This document shows positions 26,729 to 36,900 of a stretch of DNA of 64,000 bases, in pieces; positions within the stretch are counted from its first letter, which is position 1, and each line of letters opens with the position of its first letter. A program made the translations under genes and the position numbers. The stretch is from Sphingomonadaceae bacterium (GTDB lineage: Bacteria; Pseudomonadota; Alphaproteobacteria; Sphingomonadales; Sphingomonadaceae): assembly GCA_032249695.1 (NCBI GenBank), contig JAVVHE010000012.1:14647-78646 (forward strand), given 5' to 3'. The notes under the pieces are model-generated. The model was given only the letters and a program-made list of their open reading frames with translations, did not search any database and was not told where the DNA came from.

Positions 26729-28140
26729 TGGCCGGCGTCACCCGCGATCTTGGCACGATCCACTTCGTCGGCATCGGCGGGATCGGAATGTCCGGCATCG
26801 CCGAGGTGATGCACAATCTGGGCTTCAGCGTGCAGGGAAGTGACGTGGCCGAGGGCTACGTCATCGCGGGCCTCCGCGCCAAAGGCATCGCCGTCCATAT
26901 CGGCCACGCGGCGGAGAATCTGGGCGACGCCGCCGTCGTCGTCACCAGCACCGCGATCAAGCGCGGCAACCCAGAGGTCGAGCTGGCGCACGAGCGCCGC
27001 ATCCCCGTCGTCCGCCGCGCCGAGATGCTGGCGGAACTGATGCGGTTGAAGTCGACCGTCGCGGTGGCAGGCACGCACGGCAAAACGACGACCACGTCAA
27101 TGGTTGCAGCGCTGCTCGACGCGGCTGGGCTGGACCCGACCGTCATCAATGGCGGCATCATCAACACCTACGGATCGAACGCGCGGCTGGGCGCGGGCGA
27201 GTGGATGGTCGTGGAGGCCGACGAATCCGACGGCAGCTTCCTGCGCCTCCCGCCGACGATCGCGGTGGTCACCAACATCGATCCGGAGCATCTCGATCAT
27301 TACGGATCGTTCGACCGCGTCCGCGATGCCTTCGCGGAGTTTGTCGAGCATGTGCCCTTCTACGGCGCGGCGCTGATGTGCCTCGACCACCCCGAAGTGC
27401 AGGCCTTGCTGCCGCGCCTCGGCGATCGCCGCGTCATCACCTACGGCTTCACCGCGCAGGCGGACATACAGGGCGTGGGCGTGACGCCAGTGCCCGGCGG
27501 CAACCGCTTTTCGGTGATGATCCGCGACCGCGCGGGCGGGGAGCGGCGGATCGACGGTCTGGAGCTGCCGATGCCGGGGCGGCACAATGTGCAGAACGCG
27601 CTCGCCGCGGTGGGGGTGGCGGACCAGCTGAAGATCGGCGACGACGCGATCCGCGCCGGGTTCGCGGGCTTCGGCGGCGTCAAGCGCCGCTTCACGCGCG
27701 TGGGCGAGGTCGGCGGCGCGACGATCATCGACGATTACGGCCACCACCCGGTTGAGATCCGCGCGGTGCTGGCCGCAGCGCGCGAGAGCGCGCGCGGCCG
27801 GGTCATCGCTGTGGTGCAGCCGCACCGCTACACGCGCCTGTCTTCGCTGATGAGCGAGTTTCAGACCGCGTTCAACGATGCCGACCTGGTGTTCGCCGCC
27901 CCTGTCTACTCCGCAGGCGAGGCACCGATCGACGGCGCGGATTCGGACCATCTGGTGAGCGGCCTTAAGCGCAGCGGCCACCGCTTCGCGATGACGACGG
28001 ACGGCCCCGAGCATTTGGCGCACCAACTGGCGCAGGTGATCCGCGAGGGCGACATGGTAGTGTGCCTGGGCGCGGGCGACATCACCAAGTGGGCGGCTGG
28101 GCTGGCTGACCAGATCGCGAAGGAGCGGGCTGGGGCGTGA
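26728..28140 (+). CDS. murC: UDP-N-acetylmuramate--L-alanine ligase
   Basis: Motifs [18 protein letters not shown] and [11 protein letters not shown], with a Mur ligase domain order. Confidence 0.95.
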   Translation: MAGVTRDLGTIHFVGIGGIGMSGIAEVMHNLGFSVQGSDVAEGYVIAGLRAKGIAVHIGHAAENLGDAAVVVTSTAIKRGNPEVELAHERRIPVVRRAEMLAELMRLKSTVAVAGTHGKTTTTSMVAALLDAAGLDPTVINGGIINTYGSNARLGAGEWMVVEADESDGSFLRLPPTIAVVTNIDPEHLDHYGSFDRVRDAFAEFVEHVPFYGAALMCLDHPEVQALLPRLGDRRVITYGFTAQADIQGVGVTPVPGGNRFSVMIRDRAGGERRIDGLELPMPGRHNVQNALAAVGVADQLKIGDDAIRAGFAGFGGVKRRFTRVGEVGGATIIDDYGHHPVEIRAVLAAARESARGRVIAVVQPHRYTRLSSLMSEFQTAFNDADLVFAAPVYSAGEAPIDGADSDHLVSGLKRSGHRFAMTTDGPEHLAHQLAQVIREGDMVVCLGAGDITKWAAGLADQIAKERAGA

Positions 28141-28147
28141 GCAGCGG

Positions 28148-28205
28148 CGTGCCTTCTCCCGCCTTTGGGGCATCCTCCCGCGCGGGTGGGAGAGGAGCAG
28201 GCACG
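28148..28205. repeat. Long composite palindrome (CGTGCCT...AGGCACG outer stem; TCTCCC/GGGAGA; central CCCGCGCGGG)
   Basis: The outer 7-bp arms lie at 28148-54 and 28199-205. The nested arms lie at 28155-60 and 28188-93. The 10-nt perfect palindrome lies at 28177-86. Confidence 0.6.
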
Positions 28206-28265
28206 CCGCGGGCGGGCCAAAGAGAGGGCAGTAGCTGGCTCGCCGCCGCGCTCGACGCGGGCCCA

Positions 28266-29168
28266 GTGCGTGGCGCGCTGCAACCGCGCCAGAGCTTTGC
28301 CGACTTTATCTGGTTCCGCTGCGGCGGCGCGGCGGAGGTGATGTTCCGCCCGTCCAACACTAGCGACCTGCGCGATTATCTCTCCCGCCTTCCGGGCGGC
28401 GTGCCGCTGATGGCGGTGGGCGTCGGATCGAATCTCATCATCCGCGATGGCGGTGTGCCGGGCGTGACGGTTCGGCTGTCCAAAGCCTTTGCGGGCGTGC
28501 GCGTAGAGGGCCGCCGCGTGACCGCAGGCGCCGGGGCGATGGGAATCACGGTTGCGACGGCCGCGCGCGACGCTGGTCTGGCCGGCGCGGAGTTCCTGCG
28601 GGGCATTCCTGGGACGATCGGCGGCGTGGTGGCGATGAACGCGGGCGCCTATGGGCGCGAGATTGCGGACATCCTTGTCAGCGCCACGCTTGTCACCCGC
28701 GACGGCCGGATCGAACGGCTGACATGCGAGGATCTGCGCTACAGTTACCGCCATTCTGAACTGCCGCGTGGCAGTGTCGTTGTCGAAGCCGAACTGAAGC
28801 TGGTCGACGGCGACCCGGCGGGGATCCAGGCTGAAATGGATCGCATTGCCACAGAGCGCGAGGCGTCACAGCCGCTCCGCACGCGGACAGGCGGCTCCAC
28901 CTTCAAGAACCCATCCGAGCGCAAGGCCTGGCAGCTGATTGACGACGCCGGGTGCCGCGGCCTGCGCCGCGGCGGCGCGCAGGTGAGCGAGAAGCACTGC
29001 AATTTCCTACTCGCGCTCGACGGCTGCACCAGCGCTGACCTTGAAGCGCTGGGCGAGGACGTCCGCGCGCGGGTGGCGGCGCAAAGCGGCGTCAGACTTG
29101 AGTGGGAGATCGCGCGCGTCGGGGACCCCGTTCCTTCCCAGGCCGAGCTTGGGGGGGAACTGCCGTGA
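28266..29168 (+). CDS. murB: UDP-N-acetylenolpyruvoylglucosamine reductase
   Basis: FAD-binding MurB pattern ...VRGALQPRQSFADFIWFRCGGAAEVMF...GVGSNLIIRDGG.... The start is uncertain. GTG 28266 is preferred because the 43-codon extension back to GTG 28137 (a GTGA overlap with murC) is the palindromic element, with lower GC3 and rare codons. Confidence 0.85.
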   Translation: MRGALQPRQSFADFIWFRCGGAAEVMFRPSNTSDLRDYLSRLPGGVPLMAVGVGSNLIIRDGGVPGVTVRLSKAFAGVRVEGRRVTAGAGAMGITVATAARDAGLAGAEFLRGIPGTIGGVVAMNAGAYGREIADILVSATLVTRDGRIERLTCEDLRYSYRHSELPRGSVVVEAELKLVDGDPAGIQAEMDRIATEREASQPLRTRTGGSTFKNPSERKAWQLIDDAGCRGLRRGGAQVSEKHCNFLLALDGCTSADLEALGEDVRARVAAQSGVRLEWEIARVGDPVPSQAELGGELP

Positions 29169-30085
29169 ACATCGCGGTGCTGATGGGCGGGCCGTCGGCC
29201 GAGCGGGAGGTGTCGCTGACAAGCGGCCGTGCTTGCGCTGACGCGTTAGCGCGGCTCGGCCATGCTGTGACGGAAATCGACCTCGGCCCCGACGTGGCCG
29301 CCCGGCTTACGCAAGCCAGGCCGGACGTTGTTTTCAACGCGCTCCACGGCACGCCGGGCGAAGATGGGACGGTGCAGGGCCTCATGGACCTGATGGGCCT
29401 CACCTACACGCACTCCGGCCTGACCGCCTCAGCGATCGCAATCGACAAGCAGCTGACCAAGGCCGTGCTGACGCCGCTGGGCCTGCCGATGCCGGGCGGG
29501 TTGGTGGTCAAGAGCGCCACGCTGCACGAACGCGATCCGCTGCCCCGCCCGTACGTGCTGAAGCCGGTCAACGAAGGCTCGAGCGTCGGCGTGGCGATCG
29601 TCGCTCAAGACTCCAACTATGGCCAGCCCATCGCGCGTGATGCCGAGGGGCCCTGGAGGCGCTACGCGCAGTTGCTCGCCGAACCGTTCATCCGCGGCCG
29701 CGAGCTGACGGTCGCAGTGTTGGGCGGCGAGGCGCTGGCGGTGACCGAAATGGTGCCGGCGCAGGGCTTCTACGATTACGACGCCAAATACACCGACGGC
29801 CTGACCGAGCATCGGTGCCCCGCGCCGATCCCCGACGATGTCGCGCAGGCGTCTATGGACATTGCGGCGCTCGCGCATCGGGCGCTCGGCTGCAAGGGCG
29901 TGACGCGGTCGGACTTTCGCTGGGACGACAGCCGGGGCGTCGAGGGGCTGTTCCTGCTGGAGGTGAACACCCAGCCCGGCATGACGCAGCTCAGCCTCGT
30001 CCCCGAACAGGCGCGCTATCGGGGCATCGGCTTCGACGAGCTGGTCGGCCGGATCGTCGACCTCGCGCTGAGCGAGCGAGCGTGA
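29165..30085 (+). CDS. ddl: D-alanine--D-alanine ligase
   Basis: GTG 29165 overlaps the murB stop (GTGA). The sequence VNIAVLMGGPSAEREVSL...ALHGTPGEDGTVQG... has an ATP-grasp layout. Confidence 0.9.
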   Translation: MNIAVLMGGPSAEREVSLTSGRACADALARLGHAVTEIDLGPDVAARLTQARPDVVFNALHGTPGEDGTVQGLMDLMGLTYTHSGLTASAIAIDKQLTKAVLTPLGLPMPGGLVVKSATLHERDPLPRPYVLKPVNEGSSVGVAIVAQDSNYGQPIARDAEGPWRRYAQLLAEPFIRGRELTVAVLGGEALAVTEMVPAQGFYDYDAKYTDGLTEHRCPAPIPDDVAQASMDIAALAHRALGCKGVTRSDFRWDDSRGVEGLFLLEVNTQPGMTQLSLVPEQARYRGIGFDELVGRIVDLALSERA

Positions 30086-30972
30086 TGGCAGCCACCATCG
30101 CCCGTTCGCGCGCCGCCGTCCCACTGCGCCACCGGGGCCGGCCTGCACGCGCCGCTCCTCCGCGCAGCTGGAGCGACGGCGTCGTCATCCCGGTCTCGCC
30201 GGCGAGGGTGCGGCGGGTTTTGCTGTTCGCTGTTGTTGTGCTTGCGGTTGCGGCGGCGGTTGCGGCGTCGCTGGTGCTGAAGCTGCCCTCGCTGGTCGCC
30301 CAGCGCGCGGTCGCTGCAACGGCGAGCGCGGGTTTCGAGCTGAACGACGTTTCCGTCACCGGCGTGCGCTATGCCGACCGCGACGCGGTCCGCGCGGCGG
30401 CGGTCGAGGGCAGGACCGGCGCGATCCTCGCGCTCGATCTCGACGCGGTTCGCGCGCGGGTGGAGGCGATGCCGTGGGTGGAGCACGCGACGGTGGCGCG
30501 GCGGCTGCCCGACAAGCTGGTGATCAGCGTCACCGAGCGCCAGCCCGCCGCGCTGTGGCAGTATCGCGGCAAGCTGCACCTCATCGACCCCACCGGCCAT
30601 TTGCTTGAACCCGCCGACCTTGGCGCGTTCGCGCGGCTGCCGCTCGTCGTGGGGCCGGGCGCGAACAGCGAGTGGCCCAGCCTCAAGGCTCTGCTCGCGA
30701 CGCAGCCGCAGACCGCGCAGCAGGTCGACGCAGCGACGTGGATCAGCGGACGGCGCTGGGATCTGCGGATGCGCAGCGGCGAGACCGTGATGCTGCCCGA
30801 GGGCTACGGCGCGGCGCAGGCGGCGCTGAAGCAGTTCGCGCGGCTGAACGGCGAGCGGCCGCTGCTGGGGCAGGGCTATGCGCGGCTGGATTTCCGGCTG
30901 CCGGGCAAGATGGTGGTGCGGCTGCCCGTCACCGACGTGCCGCCGCGCAAGGCGCAGGGGACCGAGATTTGA
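30085..30972 (+). CDS. ftsQ: Cell division protein FtsQ
   Basis: The ATG overlaps the ddl stop (TGATG). It has a basic N-terminus, a TM helix (VLLFAVVVLAVAAAVAASLVL) and POTRA-like and FtsQ domains. Confidence 0.85.
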   Translation: MAATIARSRAAVPLRHRGRPARAAPPRSWSDGVVIPVSPARVRRVLLFAVVVLAVAAAVAASLVLKLPSLVAQRAVAATASAGFELNDVSVTGVRYADRDAVRAAAVEGRTGAILALDLDAVRARVEAMPWVEHATVARRLPDKLVISVTERQPAALWQYRGKLHLIDPTGHLLEPADLGAFARLPLVVGPGANSEWPSLKALLATQPQTAQQVDAATWISGRRWDLRMRSGETVMLPEGYGAAQAALKQFARLNGERPLLGQGYARLDFRLPGKMVVRLPVTDVPPRKAQGTEI

Positions 30973-32243
30973 GCGCGCGCCCGCCCGCCGGGGTCACGCG
31001 CCCGATCGCGGCGCTCGATGTCGGATCGTCGAAGGTCGCCGCGCTGGTCGGCGTGGCTGGATTGGACGGAACGGTGACGCCGCTTGGCCTCGGCGCGCGC
31101 GCCTGCCGCGGAGTGAAACGCGGGCTGGTGAACGACATGGCCGCGACCGAAGCAGCGATTCGCGCTGCGATGGACGATGCCGAGCGCCAGGCGGGGATGC
31201 AGGCGGGGCATGTCGTCGTCAGCCTTTCGGCGGGCGGCTTGGCGTCCGAGGTGGCCGAGGTCGAGCTTCCAGTGCCCGAGGGCCGGGTGACGCGCGATGA
31301 CGTTGCGAGGCTGCTCGCAGAGGGCCGCCGCTCGATCGACGAGGGGCCGGGCCGCACCGTGCTCCACGCGCATCCGGCGCTGTATGTGATCGACGGCACC
31401 AACCGAGTGAGCGATCCGGTCGGCTTCCATGCAGCGAAGCTGGGCGTCGGCATCCACGTGGTGACCGCCAGCACGCCGCCGATCCGCAATCTGGACGAGT
31501 GCGTGCGCGCGGCGCATCTTGGCATCCAGACGATCGTCGCTTCGCCCGTCGCGGCTGGCATGGCGGTGCTGGAGCCCGAGGAGCGCGACATCGGCGTGGC
31601 GCTGATCGAGCTTGGCGCCGGGGTGACGACGATCGGCTGCTATGCTTCAGACCAATTGTTGGCGATCGCGTCGGTGGCGATGGGCGGGCAGGATATCACC
31701 GACGACATCGCAGCGACGCTGGCAACGCGGCGCATTCACGCGGAAAAGCTGAAGAATGTGCACGGTAGCGCAACGCTGACGCCGCGCGACAGCCATGAGT
31801 TCGTCGACGTGCCGCCGATCGTTGAGGACGGCGCGGCCGAGCCGGCGCGCGCGACTGCCGCGCAGCTCAACCAGATCATCCGCGCGCGGCTCGATCAGCT
31901 GTTCGGGCGAGTGAACGATGCGCTGAAGACGATCGGTTTCACGGGCCAGAGCGGGCGGCAGGTGGTGCTGACCGGCGGCGGCGCCGAGCTCGCGGGCATC
32001 GCCGATTTCGCGCAGAGCGCGCTTGGCCGCGCGGTTCGGGTTGGAAAACCGCGCGGGCTTGCGCAGCTGTCGGGCGGCTCCAGCAACGCGGCGTGGGCGA
32101 CGGTCGCGGGCCTTGCCGCATTCGCCGCAGCCGATCCGGACAATCTTTGGACGCTCGCCGAGGCGCAGGCGCGCCGCGCGCAATCGGGAGCGCCCAAATC
32201 CGGGCTGCTGCGGCTTGTCCACAATTTGCGCCAGGGACTGTGA
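30969..32243 (+). CDS. ftsA: Cell division protein FtsA
   Basis: TTG 30969 overlaps the ftsQ stop (TTGA). The sequence ...[16 protein letters not shown]... has an actin-like ATPase fold pattern. Confidence 0.85.
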   Translation: MSARPPAGVTRPIAALDVGSSKVAALVGVAGLDGTVTPLGLGARACRGVKRGLVNDMAATEAAIRAAMDDAERQAGMQAGHVVVSLSAGGLASEVAEVELPVPEGRVTRDDVARLLAEGRRSIDEGPGRTVLHAHPALYVIDGTNRVSDPVGFHAAKLGVGIHVVTASTPPIRNLDECVRAAHLGIQTIVASPVAAGMAVLEPEERDIGVALIELGAGVTTIGCYASDQLLAIASVAMGGQDITDDIAATLATRRIHAEKLKNVHGSATLTPRDSHEFVDVPPIVEDGAAEPARATAAQLNQIIRARLDQLFGRVNDALKTIGFTGQSGRQVVLTGGGAELAGIADFAQSALGRAVRVGKPRGLAQLSGGSSNAAWATVAGLAAFAAADPDNLWTLAEAQARRAQSGAPKSGLLRLVHNLRQGL

Positions 32244-32361
32244 GCTTGGCTGTGGAGAACTCCGCACCGCACATCACCCCAAGCCGCCGTGCGATGGTAG
32301 ACCGCACGGCACCATCCCGCCCGCCTCAGCTGAGCGTTCCGGGCGCCCAGGAGTGACAACC

Positions 32362-33711
32362 ATGGTCGAACTGATCCGCCCGAATTTCACCGAGCTGAAA
32401 CCGCGCATTACCGTCATCGGCGTCGGTGGCGCGGGCGGCAACGCGGTTTCGAACATGATCGAGGCGGGGCTGGAGGGCGTGGAGTTTGTGGTCGCGAACA
32501 CCGACGCGCAGGCGCTGGTGAAATCGCCCGCCGCGACGCGCATCCAGCTTGGCATCAAGATTACGCAGGGGCTGGGCGCGGGTGCTCGGCCAGAGATCGG
32601 GAAGGCAGCCGCCGAGGAAACGACCGACCAGATCGAGCGCGCGCTCGATGGCAGCCACATGTGCTTCATCGCGGCCGGGATGGGCGGGGGCACGGGCACG
32701 GGCGCGGCGCCGGTGGTCGCGCGGATGGCCCGCGAGATGGGAATCCTGACGGTCGGCGTAGTCACCAAGCCGTTCCACTTCGAAGGTGCTCGTCGGATGA
32801 AAGCAGCCGAGGCTGGCATCGCCGAGCTGTCGAAGCATGTCGATACGCTGATTATTATACCCAACCAGAACCTGTTCCTGATCGCGAACGCGAATACGAC
32901 GTTCAAGCAGGCGTTCGCGATGGCCGATCAGGTGCTGAATCAGGGCGTGCGCGGCATTACCGACCTCATGGTGATGCCCGGACTGATCAATCTGGACTTC
33001 GCCGACGTCCGCACCGTTATGAGTGAAATGGGCAAGGCGATGATGGGCACCGGCGAGGCCGAGGGCGAGGGGCGTGCGATCAAGGCCGCCAGCCGCGCCA
33101 TCGCCAATCCGCTGCTCGACGAGGTTTCGATGCGCGGCGCGAAGGGAGTCATCGTCAACATAACGGGCGGCGACGACCTGAAGCTGATGGAAGTCGAAGA
33201 AGCCGCCGAGCATATTCGGGGGCTCGTCGATCCGGACGCGAACATCATCGTGGGGTCGGCATTCAACCCGGAATTGGACGGAAAAATGCGGGTTTCGGTG
33301 GTTGCGACCGGCATTGAGGCCGCGCAGCGCAGCCTCGATCTGTCGACCGCCGCCCGGGCGGCGGCCGCTGCGGCGGCTGCGCCGCCGAGCGTCAGCCTGT
33401 CGGCCCCCGCGACGCTGTCGGGCGAGCCCGCACCGATCGCTGCGCGCGCCGCCGCGGGTGCAGCGCCTGCCCCGGCGCACGCGCAGAGCGCCGCCCCGCA
33501 GGCGGTGATCGCGCCGCAGCCCGCTGCCCCCGCCGGTCCGGCCGGGGCACCCTTCAGCGCCGAGCCACCGGCTCCGCGCGCGCCGAGCGGAGCGCTCGAG
33601 CTCAGCCTCGATGACATGATCGCGCCGCCTGCCAATGACACTCCCGCCGCCAAGCCGGGCACGCTGTTCGAGCAGGTCGTCGCGATGCGTGGAGGCTCCG
33701 CTGCCGCCTGA
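32362..33711 (+). CDS. ftsZ: Cell division GTPase FtsZ
   Basis: ATG 32362 follows AGGAG. It carries [14 protein letters not shown] and the [11 protein letters not shown] tubulin signature, with an Ala/Pro-rich linker. Confidence 0.95.
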   Translation: MVELIRPNFTELKPRITVIGVGGAGGNAVSNMIEAGLEGVEFVVANTDAQALVKSPAATRIQLGIKITQGLGAGARPEIGKAAAEETTDQIERALDGSHMCFIAAGMGGGTGTGAAPVVARMAREMGILTVGVVTKPFHFEGARRMKAAEAGIAELSKHVDTLIIIPNQNLFLIANANTTFKQAFAMADQVLNQGVRGITDLMVMPGLINLDFADVRTVMSEMGKAMMGTGEAEGEGRAIKAASRAIANPLLDEVSMRGAKGVIVNITGGDDLKLMEVEEAAEHIRGLVDPDANIIVGSAFNPELDGKMRVSVVATGIEAAQRSLDLSTAARAAAAAAAAPPSVSLSAPATLSGEPAPIAARAAAGAAPAPAHAQSAAPQAVIAPQPAAPAGPAGAPFSAEPPAPRAPSGALELSLDDMIAPPANDTPAAKPGTLFEQVVAMRGGSAAA

Positions 33712-33991
33712 ACGGCGGCGTAAGGGGCGGTTTCGTGGCTCAAGCCGGCTCTTGGCAGCGTAATTCCGCCCGTTTGGAGGGCTTTGGCAGCGAGTTTGCG
33801 GGCTTGAAGCCGCCCGGTGGCACAGCGTTCGGCAGGCGATACGTGGAAACGTTCGCGGTCTTGAGGCTCGGACGCTGCTGCGTCTCCGGGCGCAGCCCCT
33901 CGGGTGACCCGCTTCCGCTCAGCTTCGCCCCATCGAGCGCTGCGCCCGCCGCCGCGAAGGTCGTCGCGCGAACCAGCACGGCAGCGACGCG

Positions 33992-36900
33992 ATGCGACGA
34001 ACCGACGGCCTAGCGGTTCGTCGCGGATTTACAACGTTTCATCGCTCAGCTAGCGACGCGTCCACACCGTTTTACAGGATCCTTCCGCTGCGCGCCGGTC
34101 TCCTCCGTAAGGCCCTGCTGACCTGCGCGCTGGCGTTGCTCGCGGCCGCCGAAGGGCCGCCGCGGGTGGAGACGGTCTCGCCGAGCGGCAGCGTCGCGGG
34201 CCCCGAGCAGGTTCGCATCCGCTTCTCGCAGCCGATGGTGGCGCTTGGCGATCCGCGCGCGCCCGCGCCAGCCAGCGTCAGCTGCGGCCAGGGCACGGGA
34301 CGCTGGGTCGACACGCGCGAATGGGCTTTCGATTTCAGCGAAGCGCTCGCGGGCGGGCTGCGCTGCCGGGTGCAGCTGGCCGACGGGCTGAAGACGCTGG
34401 CTGGGACGGCGCTCGAAGGCCAGCGCAGCTTCGGCTTCGATACTGGCGGCCCGACGCTCCTCCACAGCGCACCCGCAAGCGACAGCGGCCGCGTCGCCGA
34501 GGACCAGGTGTTCGCGCTCGCCTTGAACGCGCAGCCGACCGCGCAGTCGGTTGCCGCGAACGCGCGCTGCATCATCGAGGGCGTCGGCGAACAGGTGCCG
34601 TTCGATCCGTTGAGCGAAGCCGACAGCCGCGCGCTGGTCGCGAACGCGGCGCGCAACTACGAACTGCGCAGCTTCCTTGAGCGCGCAGGGTGGCTGGAGC
34701 CGCGCTATCCCCAAGATGGCGGCGAGCCTGGCCCCAGGCGCAAGCTGCCGCTGCTGTTCGGCCAGTGCCGCCGCACGCTGCCGCCAAAGGCGCGCGTGGT
34801 GGTGCAGTGGGGCGCCGGGATCGCGTCGGCATCGGGGCTGGCGACCGGCAAGCCAGTGGCGATCAGCGTGCAGGTGCGCGCGCCCTTTGTGGCGCGGTTC
34901 AGCTGCAGCCGGGTCAGTCCCGCCGCCGCCTGCTCGCCGGTTGAGCCGATGCGCGTGGAGTTCGGCGAGCAGGTGCCGTTCGAAGCCGCGATGCAGGCAC
35001 GGCTGATCGCGCTCGACGGCACGGCGATCGAGCCCGTGAAGCCCGAGAGACGCGAGCCGCTGCTGAGTGCGATCGAGTTCAAGGGACCGTTTCCCGAGAA
35101 GATGAGCTACCGCGTGACGCTCGCCCCCGGCCTCAGGGACGTGACCGGCCGGGCGCTGGCGAATGCCGCGCGCTTTCCCCTGACGGTGCGCACCGACGAG
35201 GCGCCGCCGCTCGTTAAGTTTGCCGGCACGTTCGGCATCATCGAGGCCGAGGAGGGCGGGGTGCTCCCCGTCACGATGCGCAATGTCGAACCCGCGGTCG
35301 GCGGACGCGTGCAGGCTGTCGCGGGACGCGCGCTGCGGCTGGGCCAATCCGATGGCGAGATCGCAGACTGGGTGCGCAGGCTCGACCGCGCCGAGGAGCA
35401 CACGCATATCGACGAGCCGATCGCGGGCATGAAGGACGAGGACGGCGAGCCCGCCACGCGCCGCATCGAGACGACGCGCAGCACGCCGCTCATTCCCGCC
35501 GCGGCGCCGACGCGCGCGCTGAGCGTGCCCAAGCCCGGGGGCGCGCAGGCGTTCGAGGTGGTCGGCATCCCGCTGAAGTCTCCCGGCTTCTATGTGGTGG
35601 AGCTGGCGTCGCCGCGGCTGGGTTCGGCGCTCTTGGGGCCGGGGCGGACGCGCTATGTCGCAACCGGGGCGCTCGTCACCAACCTGTCGGTGCATTTCGC
35701 GTGGGGGGTGGGCAGCAGCCTCGCGTGGGTGACGCGCCTGTCCGACGCGCAACCCGTCGTCGGCGCGCTGGTGCGCGTGACTGACAGCTGCACCGGGCGG
35801 CTCATCGCCGAAGGGCGGACGGGGCCGGGCGGCCGGTTGCAGGTGCAGGGGCTGCCCGAGCCCGACGGCTACGGCTCGTGCGAGGGCAGCTCGCATCCGC
35901 TGATGGTATCGGCACGCGCGGGCGACGACATGAGTTTCACGCTCACCAGCTGGAACCGTGGCATCCAGCCGGGCGACTTCCACCTGGATCAGGGCTATGG
36001 TGCCCGCGATCCGGTTCAGACGCACACGGTCTTCGATCGCACGCTGATCCGCGCGGGCGAGACCATCCACATGAAGCTGCTGGTGCGGGCGCGCAGCGAC
36101 AAGGGCTTTGCTCTGCCGCCGGGCGGCGACGCAACGCTGATCATCGCGCACGAAGCGACCGACGCGAAGTGGACGCTGCCGGTGAAGCTCGGCGCACAGG
36201 GAGCCGCGCTCGCCGAATGGACCGCGCCCAAGGAGGCTGCGCTCGGCACCTACCGCGTGACGCTCGATGGGCGGCCCGCTGGCGAGTTCCAGGTTGAGGA
36301 GTTTCGCCTGCCGACGATGCGCGCCGAGGTGCGCGGGCCGGGCAAGCCGCTGGTGGCGCCCAAGGTCGCGCCGCTCGATCTCACCCTCGCCTATTTCAGC
36401 GGTGGCGCTGCGAGCGGCGCGGCGGTGACGGTCCGCAGCCGAGTGGAGACGCGCTCGATCGACCTGCCCGACTATCCAGGCTTCAGCTGGAGCGCAGACC
36501 GCATCGTCGAGGGCGTGCGGCCCGCGAGCATGGACGGCGACGACGGCGACGGCGCGCCCGCGGAGCAGCTGCGCGCCAACGTGACGCCCGTCGCGCTCGA
36601 TGCCGACGGCCGCGCGCAGGTCGATGCGCCCGTCGCCGCCGCAGTGGAGCAGCCCTCCGCGCTCGTTGCCGAGATGGACTACGAAGGCGCGAACGGAGAG
36701 CGCCGCACAGCCCGCACGCGCGTGCCGCTGGAACCCGCCGGCCTGCGCGTCGGCATTCGCACCGATGGCTGGCTGATGAAGGCGGACGACGTGCGGCTGA
36801 AGCTCGCGGTGCTCGATCTCGCCGGGCGGCCGCTTGGCGGCCAGCATGTCGACGTCGCGCTCTACAGTCGTGAGACATACAGCTACCGCAAGCGGCTGAT

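Noticed and set aside
28137-28265. 43-codon N-terminal extension of murB starting at a GTG that overlaps the murC stop
   Set aside because: The extension is almost entirely the composite palindrome 28148-28205. GC3 is about 73%, with aga and gga codons. MurB homology, as I recall it, begins near ...VRG.... The extension is kept as an alternative start only.
33735-34013. 92-aa plus-strand and 79-aa minus-strand ORFs in the ftsZ-A2M intergenic region
   Set aside because: Both frames have similar, mediocre GC3 (about 75-77%). Neither has a recognisable motif, a hydrophobic core or a convincing RBS. This region is probably the A2M promoter/leader.
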